Assembly (NCBI RefSeq): GCF_026210795.1
Contig: NC_089432.1
Location: forward strand, 3,162,001-3,226,000
DNA: 64,000 nucleotides
Reading direction: 5' to 3'
DNA from: Rhizophagus irregularis
Taxonomy: Eukaryota
Position numbers and translations under genes: made by a program. This document shows positions 12,913 to 24,512 of the stretch, piece after piece. Position 1 is the stretch's first letter, and every line of letters begins with the position of its first letter. The notes beneath the pieces are model-generated. The model saw only the letters and a program-made list of their open reading frames with translations. It ran no database searches and had not been told where the DNA came from.

Positions 12913-13523
12913 TAAATTTGCGTCATCATATTTTAATTTCGTACCCCCTGATTGCGCTCCCACAAAACGGAGATGCTTTAGTTTCACAAGTTTGATCGAC
13001 ATATACATACCATTTAAGGTTATGATGTTACACAAATTGATGATATTGCTTAAAAAGTGTTTGTATCACAACTTGGCTGAAAAATAGTGTAACCAATTGC
13101 TTAATTTAAAGGTTCGTCTAAATTTTTTTAATTTTTTCTTGTTAAAAACGCTATACTATTCAATTACAAAGAAGTGTGACAATCACAAAGTTAGTATTTT
13201 TTATTAAAATGTTATTTATATACGCTGGTAAATAATTTGTTTTAAAAGATGTGAAAAAAAATTTAAAATCATTCATTTCTATCACAGGCTGTCTAGCTTA
13301 TTGTGTCACATTTGCTTATATTGAGCGGCATATCCAATTTTGAATAGTGGATACTCAGTTTCTCCTAAACTACCTTTCTCTACTAATTTCATAAGTTCAT
13401 ATCACATATCTTGCATGCTATATCCATTGCTCTTATCTAAATTCCATTTACAAATATAATTCCTAAAGTGTATTGGTAGATTTCACTGTTTGAAGACGGA
13501 TCACAAATTAAATTTCATTGAAA

Positions 13524-14444
13524 ATGTCTCAAAATTTTCAAAATTTTAGTAAATTAAATATAAAAGAAATAAAACCTTCAATTTCATCAAGTCTAATCAC
13601 AAATAACCTTGAAATAGTGGTTATTGAAATGACTCTCTTTCTAGAAAATATTGAAGCAGTAAGGAAGAAACATGAAGCTATTAATTACCTTAATGATCAT
13701 AATTTAACCTCACAAGAAATTTATAATTGGTTATTAAATAATCAGGATAATTCAAATTCTATTTTCTTACTTGGAGTATTTAATCATTTTGGAATTGAAA
13801 TTAGTGTTGACAAACAAAAAGCATTTGAATTATACCAAAATGCAGTAAAATTAGGAAATGTTTCTGGAATAATTAGTTTAGGTTATTGTCATGAAAGAGG
13901 AATAGGAACTAATGTTGATAAACAAAAAGCATTTGAATTATATCAAGAGGCTGCAAATTTAGGAAATTCACGTGGAATATATAACTTAGGAGTTTGTTAT
14001 AACAATGGAATTGGAACTTGTATTGATAACCAAAAGGCGTTTGAATTATATCAAAAGGCTGCAAATTTAGGAAGTGTACTTGGAATATATAGTTTAGGAT
14101 ATTGTTATGATAATGGAATTGGAACCAGTATTGATAAACAAAAAGCATTTGAGTTATTTCAAAATTCAGCAAATTCTGGAAATGTACTTGGAATATCTAG
14201 TTTAGGATATTATTATGAAAAAGGAATTGAAAACAATGTTAATCAACAAAAAGCATTTGAATTATATAAACTAGCTGCAAATTTAGGAGGTAGTTTTGCT
14301 CAATTTAGTCTTGCTCTCATGTATGAAAATGGAAAAGGAGTTAAAAAGGATATAAATCAAGCAATTTATTGGTATAAAAAATGTGCTGATCAAGGAGATG
14401 AAAATGCTCTAAATAAATTATATTTATTAGATATACATATATGA
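13524..14444 (+). CDS. Sel1-repeat-only ORF (C-terminal part of copy 2), 306 aa, 6 repeats
   Basis: Uninterrupted ORF from ATG 13524 (MSQNFQ), homologous to exon 5 of the paralogues. Expression is unknown. Confidence 0.65.
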   Translation: MSQNFQNFSKLNIKEIKPSISSSLITNNLEIVVIEMTLFLENIEAVRKKHEAINYLNDHNLTSQEIYNWLLNNQDNSNSIFLLGVFNHFGIEISVDKQKAFELYQNAVKLGNVSGIISLGYCHERGIGTNVDKQKAFELYQEAANLGNSRGIYNLGVCYNNGIGTCIDNQKAFELYQKAANLGSVLGIYSLGYCYDNGIGTSIDKQKAFELFQNSANSGNVLGISSLGYYYEKGIENNVNQQKAFELYKLAANLGGSFAQFSLALMYENGKGVKKDINQAIYWYKKCADQGDENALNKLYLLDIHI

Positions 14445-17400
14445 TTCATTTAATAAAATTTATTGTTCATATTAATTCATGAGCAATTAAGTAGCAATTA
14501 AATAAAAGATGCGAAAACTTTCTATCTAAAAATAAAATATAAAGTATACTGACATTGTTACAATCTAAATTCACTGCCAAACATAAAGAAGCGCATTTTT
14601 ATACATAGAATCCAGGTCTTTATATTAAATTTGGTTTATTTCTGTTAAAGTTTAAATTATTAATTTAGAAACTAGCCAGTGTATTTCTTTACAGTAGTCA
14701 CTACTATACCACTTTTTTGCACTTTTTATTTGATGTGAAATTTGTTTATATACGGTAAAAAGATAGATCTATTTCATAAAAATAATTTCATTTATTGAAG
14801 TTGCGAAAGAATGTTAGAAAATGTTTATTTATAATTAGCAAGTTTACGGAGTTTATGTTATATGCAATTACCTTTGGATTCGGGACTAATAGAAAGTTTT
14901 TTCCTAATGACAGAAATGCATATGTCCGTCGTAATAAATCAATGCAATAAAAATGAATATATTCAAAAGTGTTTATAACAAAAATTTTAGGGAGTATAAA
15001 ATCAATTTAACAAACACCTTTTTAATTAAAAAATAACATATCGTTAATTAACTTATATTACTAGAACAAAAACATGTAAAAATAAAATCGACCGAAAAAA
15101 ATATTCTTCATACAATATACAGTTTTACTGCGCATGTAAAAAAATAAAGTTTTAATATTAGAAACCGAAATTTTTTTTTTTAAAAAAAAAATTTATTAAA
15201 TGTTTTTTATAACCTAAAAAAATTCATAATATTTCTTCTTTTAAAGCCAATTACAAGATTATTAAATCGAAATGCAAAAACAATAAATTAAATTATTTAT
15301 TTATTTTAAATGAAAATTAAATATTAAATTATATATTACCAATACTTTTGTTTCTATAAATAAGTGCTAAAATTTATGGTATATATCAAACTCTTAGTAA
15401 GGGCTGGCTACTGAGAGCCATATATCTGGTTTATTCCCTGCCATTTACAATGTTTTATAGTATATTGTGAGTATAAATATAGTATATTTGATTTTTACAT
15501 AAATTAATATTTCATATTATGTATGACGTAATTGACGTATGCGATTATTTAAGTCACGTCTACGACTCATTATATGTTATAAATGGCACGTGAGTGCATG
15601 TCTGAAATTGATTTTTTTTTGATTGGATGTATCACGCTATCACGCGGTCAGGCTGACTCCGTTAAATTCCAGATGTTATTTTTTGATTTACGCGTTTCGC
15701 GTTTTACACTTGCTTTCATACTTTTTTTTTTTATAAATGGAGCAGTAGCGCATTTCTTTATTAACAATTAAATCTATAGTATTATTAGTATAGATTACAT
15801 GAAAATTTTTGAAATACTTGATAATAATAAAAAAACAAATTTCAAACAAACAGTATGTTTCTACTTCAGACAACTTACCCACAAAACCTGTCCTTTTATG
15901 CTACGCAACTCTCCCTAGGCATCACTTCATATAGCATCAACAACCAAAGAGGGGAGAAAGTGATGAAACAGTGAAATTAAGAACAAGTGGAGGAAGTAAA
16001 GGGTGGTGAACAAAGATCTCACCATCTTTTAGCTCTGTAAATCTTTCTTATTGTTGGACTTGAAGAACCATAATGATCAAGGTACTATTTATCTTTAAAC
16101 TTCATGCTGTTTGAGAAGGCAATTCCCAGACCACCATAGCATGACAAAGATGTGAGAACTATTGTTCTTTACAGGAGGAATAATTATGTACCTTTCTCAC
16201 GGGTCATGTGAGGTCTTTTGTTCTGAAGGAGGAACAATTATGAACCTCTGACACTGTGATATCTTCTAATGGATTTATTTTTATTAGGAGTTTCAATATA
16301 TATATACATTTATATATATATTATCAGAGAACTGGAAGCACATCGTGGCCACAGTTACGCAGTCTTAGACAGCCTACTGTGAACGTCCTTCTCTGATTTC
16401 AGGAATTCCTAGTAGCACAAATAAATTGTGTGTCTTGGTTTTGCTGCATGGATAACAGGCATCAGGGTAAGAGTACTTGGTACAGGGTTGAAATTAGCTT
16501 TCTGTTATGGGAAAAACCTGAAGAGTGTAGTGTCTAAACCTAGGCATAGGCATTACCTGCAAAGAAATTTGTTCTGTTACCATGCCAAACATTCATGTTG
16601 TTTGGTTCAATAGTACTTACTTTTTTCTTTTTTTAGATTAAATAGCATAACATTGATGGTTTCATGGACTAACCAGCATTGATAATAATCGGAGAATCAT
16701 CTATCTTTCTATCAGCCACAAGAATAGTGTTATTAAATGAGCAGCACTTCACTGCATCACTATGCCAAGAAAGAGCCACCTAATGATAAATGTAAATACT
16801 GAGTATTTATTCATTTTCTTATTGTTCAGATTTATCTGTTTTAATTTATATACTAATGCATTTCTTCTCCACAGCGAGAAATTTTTTTACTAAAAAAAAT
16901 TCAAATTATGTATTAATTACTATTAATATTTTCAAAATGTATCCCTAATAACATTTTATCAAAGAAGTTAAAAAGATTTACCCTTATTATAATAGATAAT
17001 GGCAACTTCAAGTAACTAGAATAACAGTTAAAGTAAAAATAATTTTGAGCGATTTCCATTTGGGATTTAACTTTTGAGTGTTCCTTATTTGGAGTTTATA
17101 TTTCCATTTGGAGTTTTCTTCTAATGTTTCCGCTTGGCAAAAATGTTCAAAATTACTAAAATATACTTAACTTATTTAGATTTAACATACCCGTATTTAT
17201 TTTCTCATTCGGAAAGTTACCAAAAAAGATTTATAATACGTCATTAATAAAAAAAAGAAAAAAATTAAACGATATTTTTATTGTAAGTCCAATATTACTG
17301 TAAATATAGTAGATCAAAAAATATTCAGTTAGGGCAAGTTTAATAGGGTTGTAAGGTTTATTAAATTTTATGATCGTATTATCTGATCGTACTATTTTAT

Positions 17401-17911
17401 TTTAACTCCATAGTTGATCTTAGAGATGACATTTCGCATAGACACTAATATTATCCGAATATGGATTACAAGGAATTGCTATTCAAAAAAAAAGATACAA
17501 CAGAATATCTGATATGTTTTTTTATCGTGTTCAACAATTTTTTTTTAAATGATTTTTAATTTTTACTAATATTTTTATTAAATAATTCTTTTTTAACATG
17601 TTCATGTAATTATATAATTAATACGATGGTAAAAAAAATTATATGTGACGCAAAATCAATCCACCACCTTGAATCCTATCATGGTTAAAAATCCGTCTAT
17701 TGGTTAGATTTCACATGATGATCACCAATAAAAATTTCTGATTTCACGTGATAATTAATTTAATAAGCCAATCACATTTTACATAAAAAAAAAATACAAA
17801 TTCTATAATTACTTGTTGTTTAATTAATATTCACGTTTTGAATAAAGGCTAACAAAGGCAATTTCAAGATAGTTAAACATAATTACTTATTGTAATACTA
17901 TATTATTTAAT

Positions 17912-18622
17912 GGTTACGGTATATTTCGCCGAAATCCTTTCATCGAAACTCATTTCGCCAAAACCATTTTGCCGAAGGGATGTTTCAATTAAGTGATGTT
18001 TCACTGAGAGGATATTTTGCCAAAAGTGCATTTTATCGAATCCATTCACCAAATCGTCCATTTCACCAAATTCCATTTCACTGAATCTCATTTCGCCAAA
18101 TGGACATTTCGCCGAAGATTGTAGCGTTAACATTTTTATAAAAAATATTCATGGCGCAATTAAAATAAAAATTAAATTATTTTTAGAGAATTTTTTTTTC
18201 CAGGATATTATCACTTTAACATTCAATTAATTGATATTAATTGTTAAGCATAAGATACACGAAAAAGGTCTCAGTTGCTTACGTCATACATATCCAATAA
18301 CTTTATTATCAGTTATCATCTACAACATGACCGATAACAATTACTTATTTCCCTGAAACATTTATTCAGTAAAAAATGATTAATATATTATAAACAACAA
18401 GACAAATTTAATAAAATTTAACTAATTCAAAATTTTTTCTAGAAAAGATTTCTTTATGTATTTAGTATAAAAACAATAAAATAGCCAAATGGAATAAATA
18501 ATTTTTCGGTGAAACGTCCATTTGGCAAAATGTCCATTTGTCGAAATATCCTTTCGGTGAAACTGATAAAATCCCTTCAGCGAAATGGTTTCGGTGAAAT
18601 GGAACTTCAGCGAAAAGATACC
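17912..18622. mobile_element. MULE-type TTTCGCCGAA MITE, older copy
   Basis: Starts GGTTACGGTATATTTCGCCGAA and ends GAAAAGATACC. Internal sequence matches 11082-11685 in inverse orientation. Flanks TTATTTAAT / CTATTTATT may be a decayed 9-bp TSD. Confidence 0.75.
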
Positions 18623-19524
18623 CTATTTATTACCTGAAATTGTTCCCTCCCCCTCAAATTTTCAGTCAGAAAAGACGTTTAACTAATTATTAGTTTGGAA
18701 TGGCCTTAACTAAACCAAAAAATGATATGAATTCTTTCTTTTTAAAAAAACAATGAAAATGATCAGCATGTACTTTTCGCTAAAACAATAAGATCAAATT
18801 AATTTTTTCACCAAAAAATAAATAAAAATAAATAAATAGAATATAAAAAATTTATGATGTTTAAAAAGTATATGATTTTTTTCTTATATCTTGTATGATG
18901 ATCAAGTTATTGTTTAAGAAAATGTATTTAATCAATTATTTGAATAATTAAAAAGAGAGTACAAACAATAATTCATCTAAGTTTTTTTATTTAAATGTAA
19001 AATAAACAAAATGCGTAATTATCCGAGATCATTTTTTCGACTAAATGATACACCATACAATTATGAAAGATCTTTTTTTTTTGAAAAAATTTAAACAATT
19101 AAAAAAGGATACAATAGACGAATAGAATAGATTTTTTTATTAATAAATATGATAACTTTTGAGAATTAATTAATAACTAATGACGGGAACCGTTAGAGGA
19201 TCCGAAGCGAGTTTCGCGTGTTTTAATTTATTTTAAAAACGTACCAGTTGTATTTTCGCAAACTAAATTTAAAATGGGTACAGCCGGTTTGACCCGATTC
19301 AACCCGATTTTTACAAAGCAAACCATAATTTCAGCCAAATTCATAATTCTGGGTCAATTTTTTTATACGTAGTTTAACAAATTCCGAATTAGGAATTTTT
19401 ATGTCGATCACAAATGATCACGTGATTATGGTTCAAAAAAAATATATATATATATAACCGAATCATTGTTGGAAACCGAATTTACAAGTTACAACCGGTT
19501 TGTGCAACCGGTTTCAAACTCCAG

Positions 19525-19678
19525 TCCTTTCGCCGGAATGGCTTAGGCGAAATGTCCTTTGATAAAATGTCTATTCGGGAAAATGGCATTTCGGCGAAAC
19601 ATGCATTCGGCGAAATTTGTTTCAGCAAAATGCGTTTCTGTGAAATAGATTTCAGCGAAAAGTTTGGATCGGATAGCC
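19525..19678. repeat. Partial arm of a TTCGGCGAAA-repeat MITE
   Basis: About 15-nt periodic TTCGGCGAAA-like units; no matching opposite arm identified. Confidence 0.55.
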
Positions 19679-20813
19679 TAACCCTAATTCGTTTCATATT
19701 TATGTTCATGTGTACAAAACGTCTAAAAAAGCACCATTTTGCGACAATATGGTGCTTATTTAGACATTTATTACACAAGCACAAATATACATTTCGTTTT
19801 AATAGGGGTAACTGTTATCACTTTTTTAACCGTTTTTGGTGAGGAAAAATACACTAAACAAAATATTTGTTTTCGGTTCGTATAAAATGCATATTTACTT
19901 TATGTGGGTTCGTGATAATTTGATGACTCGGGATTATTTTTTTCGGAAAGGCACCATAATCCTTAAAAATAAGAGGAAAATCTGATTTATCAATAACAAA
20001 TGCTTGAAAAGTGATTTCTTTGTAATGTATCGATTATGTTATATTTTGACCTATTCACAAAGAAAACTAACTTCGAAATCACGAAGTGTAATATGCATAT
20101 TTGTGAATTGTAATCAAATAATTTGAAATTAAAACGCAGTAAGGAACTATTAAGGTAATTTTCATGTCGGTAAAATGCTGTCAGTATCGTAAAACTAAAA
20201 TCATTTAAATGAGTATAAAAAAATTTTGATATCCTAAATATAGTAAAATTCATAAAAGAAACGTTTTTTTTTACTGATATTTGTGAGACTATCAATGGGT
20301 AATAGATAGAGAGAAAATTTATTTTTAATATTTTTGGTTAATATTAGGCTAACTTTATTCACGTGGCAAGGTTGTTCGCCTCCTATTTCTTAAAAAAAAA
20401 AACAATAATAAATAATAATAAGCACAGAATAATGAATAAAAAGAAATAGAACAGAATAGGATTATTAAATTAGATTTACTTATTTAATTATTATTATTTA
20501 ACTAAAATATTATGATAAATCTATTTTTTTAAAAAAGAACTCTATACTCTTTTGAACGGGATGTGCGAATTTTTTTTTGTCAATTATAGATTGATTCAAA
20601 TGAACAAAGCGAATCAAGCCAAGTCATAGCTCTTGGCAGAAAATCATTGAAAATCTAGGTTTTGAAATTATATAACCACTGTCACCAAAATTTTGTTTTA
20701 CAGAATCGACTTACTCGCTTAGAAAAAGAAGCAGAAATTGAAACTTTAAACTCCCAAATTGACAACTACCCAAACTACTACTCCCTCAGGTCTTTCGAAC
20801 AACATTAACTAAT

Positions 20814-21222
20814 ATGAAACTTCAAAGCTTCCTTCTTATAGTCCTTTTCATGTGTTTCTATATAATGGACATTAAAGGTAAAGTCCATTCAATATGTTCT
20901 CCATTTTCTTTTCTAATGATTCAACTTTTTGGTTTAATGTATAGCATTTAGTACCATCACGTTTATGGATTTGACTATCTGCAGTTGTAGAGTTTGGATA
21001 GAGGATTCAAATGGTAATTACTTAGCCGGTGACCAAGGCCTCCATGATTGTAGTGAGGGTGAAGATACAAAATTTAGTTTTCCAGACCAAACGTACACGG
21101 TTCATGCTAAAGTTGAAGCTAGTTTCGAGAAACAGAAAGTACGAGGACCTTTTAATGGAGATACCTGTTTTAGAATACATGGCACTGTAGATGATTGGAA
21201 ATTTACTCAAAGACCTTGTTAA
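20814..21222 (+). CDS. Small secreted cysteine-containing protein, 113 aa (effector candidate)
   Basis: Exon 1 20814-20877 (MKLQSFLLIVLFMCFYIMDIK, signal-peptide-like), GT-AG intron 20878-20944, exon 2 20945-21222 in frame with the 85-aa ORF. Five Cys in the predicted mature part; TATA-like TATATAA near 20669. Confidence 0.8.
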
Positions 21223-21559
21223 TCGTTTATTTGGATATTATCTCAGTATGTTGAAGATGTGAACTAATTAAATCTGTTTCTCTAGTTATAATTTAATATC
21301 GATTGGAAAATAAATTTTATAATATTTATTACCTCATCCTTATTATTCCCAAATATTTTTACACCTCTCTCAGTATTAATATTCCATTCATAAATGTAAT
21401 CACTTGAATCTTAAATTTTCTGTAAACTTTACTATATAAAATAAATTCACCTTTTAAATTAAAAGGCACAATAACTCATATCGATTACTAAAAAAATATT
21501 AAAAAATATCAATTACCATAATTTAATAATTACATAATCAAATAATTATTACTTACCAG

Positions 21560-21880
21560 TAATAGTATTACAAAATTATTACGACGGCTATTAATATAAG
21601 CAAGTTTTCTATCATCAGCAAAGCATAAACTTTTGATTTCTTCATTAGTTTTAACAGCTTGATGAAATTTAAGTTGAACCTTATCTATATCTTCACCATT
21701 CCAACCGACAATTGTACGACCTTCTTCACTATAAGTAATAAGGTATTTTTCATTTGCGATATTTCTATCATAGTAATAGGTTTACCATTATGTCGTTAAT
21801 CATCGAAGATAAATATCTTGTTAACATCATTTTTATCAACATCGATTGTTAATTTCGATTACTGAATTGTCACTCATTTG
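21560..21880 (-). pseudogene. Fragment of a WD40-like N-terminus, resembling Glomeromycota ion-transport/TRP-like proteins
   Basis: Shifted frames give HNGKPITMIEIS..NEKYLITYSEEGRTIVGWN.EDIDKVQLKF; truncated and frameshifted. Confidence 0.5.
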
Positions 21881-22930
21881 GTAATCGCTTATAAACATAT
21901 AAATTTATTACCAAAGAAATTATTTCTTTTATATCGTCCATTTGTGATTATATACTTTTTTTTCATTTGAAACACGTGTAAATATGCATGGTTGTACATA
22001 CATAAAAAAAGAATTTTTAATTAAGTTTTTTTATTGAAACACATGTCAAATATTCATGGCCATACGTATTTAGCTTTTTTACTTGAAACAATGAAACATG
22101 TATAAATCTGTACATAAAAGTACTGTATGATTTCTCTCAACTAAAGCGATTTGGCATGTAAATAATGATGCCCTGAAAGCTTGGGAAAAAAAGTGTCAAG
22201 GTCACTAAACGTGACGAGACTCGATATCCACGAAACTTTTCAAATAGAAATACCTTTTCAGCGAGGCAAAAACAGTCACGTCACAGTCGTCACAATAACT
22301 AACTAACGACGCCCAACCTAATTATTATTCAGGTCAGGTTACACAACATACACCTCCGACGAACACTGAGTGTTTTTCGTCAAGGACATTTTGTCCCGTT
22401 ATGGGTCATTTATATTACTTCTAACTACCTTCACGCTGGTGGATGATCCACGTATATTTCTAGTTTCGATTCTTTTGATACTTTTTATAGGAATATAATA
22501 ATTTTTTTCTTTTTATAGTAGTTTAGTAGTAGTTTTAATTACCAGGGTTCTAGTCATATTCTGTAAAAATTACAAGACGAACGTAGAAATTTGAGAAATT
22601 ATAATAGGTTAAAATTTGCATATTTATTGTTGAATACTCTTTTTATAAAACATTCCACGCGCGCCAGATTCCATTTTATTTCACAGTATTTGCATTAGTG
22701 TATACTAAAAGAAATAAAAACTCATTTATATACTATAAAAATCATACCACGTATGCACGAATGATGAATATATAAGGAAAAAGAATAAGTTAGAAAATTG
22801 TACTAAAAAAAAGTCTTTACACTGCACGCACGTCAAATTCCACTTTATTTTGCAATTTTTTCAATATAAGCTTGTAAAAACCGATTGATGTTTTGTTTTC
22901 ACATATGTAAAAAATATAAGAAACAGAATA

Positions 22931-23198
22931 TCTCGTGACCCAGTTATCCAATTTCGGTGAACAATTTTTTGTTGTGTAGCTCTATACACCCTTTACAAAA
23001 TAAAAAAAAAAGATCACCAAAATTGGACCAATAGATCGTGTGATAAATTACAAAACTGATTTATTCGGAGAATATCGTGAGGAATCTAGCCACGTTCCGA
23101 AAAAAATCGTTTCATAATTATCGTACGATCTATGGTCCAATTTGAAGAACTACACAACATAAAAATGTTCATCGAAATTGGATTACTGGATCACGAGA
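22931..23198. repeat. Foldback (long imperfect inverted repeat), probable MITE
   Basis: TCTCGTGACCCAGTTATCCAATTTCGGTGAACA pairs with TGTTCATCGAAATTGGATTACTGGATCACGAGA. Inner arms AATTGGACCAATAGATCGT / ACGATCTATGGTCCAATT. Confidence 0.75.
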
Positions 23199-23460
23199 AA
23201 ATCGCAAAAAAGATTTTATTCATTTTCCCCGAATTTGAATAGTGACTTTCACTACTATCACGAATTAATATTGTAAAAAAAGAGTTTATATATAATACAA
23301 CCATCAATTTCATGATTCTTAGCCGAATCAGTAATTAATTTGTTATCGTTATGTTTAAGAAAAATTGTCTATATAGATTTCATTTGAAATTTTCAAAATA
23401 TTGCTAATAAAAAAAAATAAAAAAGGTTATTTGACTTTTGAGACGCTAAATTAATCTTAC

Positions 23461-24104
23461 TAGGACTCGAAATATACAGTACATAAAAGAGTTTGCGTAT
23501 AACCAGAAAAAAAAAATCAAAATCTTTTCTTTCGTTATACTGAAGATAATTTTTTTGCACATCTGAAATGTGTGTCAGGTTGACGGCGCAGTGTGGCGCA
23601 GCGATTTTTCCAAAAAAAATTAAATTGCAATTTTTTTTATTTAAAATAAAACCTTTAAATTACTGCACTAGATGTATTTTCGTCCGCTCTGCAAATTTAC
23701 TTAGAGTATATACGGGCGGTTTAGAAGGCCATTTTCGAGTTATTTAACAAAAACCGTTTTTTTGACAAATCCAATTTTGGAAATGATCGGCAAAGTCGAT
23801 AAAATCAATTGTTATATACTAAAGTCAAAATCTACGTCCAAAACCTCCTTCCGTTTATAAGTGAATTTTGTAAAACAGATGAAAATACATCTAATGTGTA
23901 AATTTGAAAGCATTACATTAAAAAGAAAATCTTCAACTTAGATTTTTTTGAATTACTGCGCCACACTGCGCCGTCAACCTGACACATTTCAGACGTGCAA
24001 TTTTTTTGGATACTGACCGAAATTCCAGAACTGAAAAAATGCATGCAGGTAATAGTGAAAATTTTTTGGTTGCCTCCGGCCTTTTTATATATTTCGGGGA
24101 CCTG
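23461..24104. mobile_element. Diverged CAGGACCC-family MITE with 6-bp TSD TCTTAC/TCTTAT
   Basis: Left TAGGACTCGAAATATA, right TATATTTCGGGGACCTG; flanking hexamers match 5/6. Confidence 0.6.
23555..24000. repeat. ~450-bp foldback nested in the MITE
   Basis: Perfect 31-bp GC-rich arms TGTGTCAGGTTGACGGCGCAGTGTGGCGCAG (23571-23601) and reverse complement (23956-23986), with imperfect pairing continuing inward (TAGATGTATTTTC / GAAAATACATCTA). Confidence 0.85.
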
Positions 24105-24512
24105 TCTTATTATTGGATTAGTAAATAAAGTTTTCCACCAAAATAATTTTGAATTCTAACAACTGCCAAAAGTGTGATGTGTTGATCAATTTCTTTAAAT
24201 ATATTATTAAAATTTTCGTAGGCTTGTAATTGTAATTACTTTTAATAAAAAGGAAATCTCACTTTAAAATAATAAATTCGATATATGGAAGTCAAAATTT
24301 CATAGTATCATATGATATTCCCTACAAAAAAAAATTTCCAGACGTTATGCTACATTAAATTATTTACTATCAGTCTGACGTAATCCTGCTGCATGAGCAT
24401 GACAAATTTTTTTTTTTGGAAATATGGAACGCCAATTTTTATAAACAATACAAAATCCTTCTTTTTCTCTTTTTTTAACGTAAAATTAACTTCTGTAGTA
24501 AAAAATTGAAAA

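Noticed and set aside
13909..14172. Antisense ORFs over kinase/Sel1 exons (also 4329-4538, 55209-55391, 60103-60306, 60942-61178)
   Set aside because: Shadows of the coding strand with no independent evidence.
15400..17000. Higher-GC, CpG-poor segment that may be a decayed gene or transposon
   Set aside because: No consistent reading frame, termini or TSD could be established by eye.
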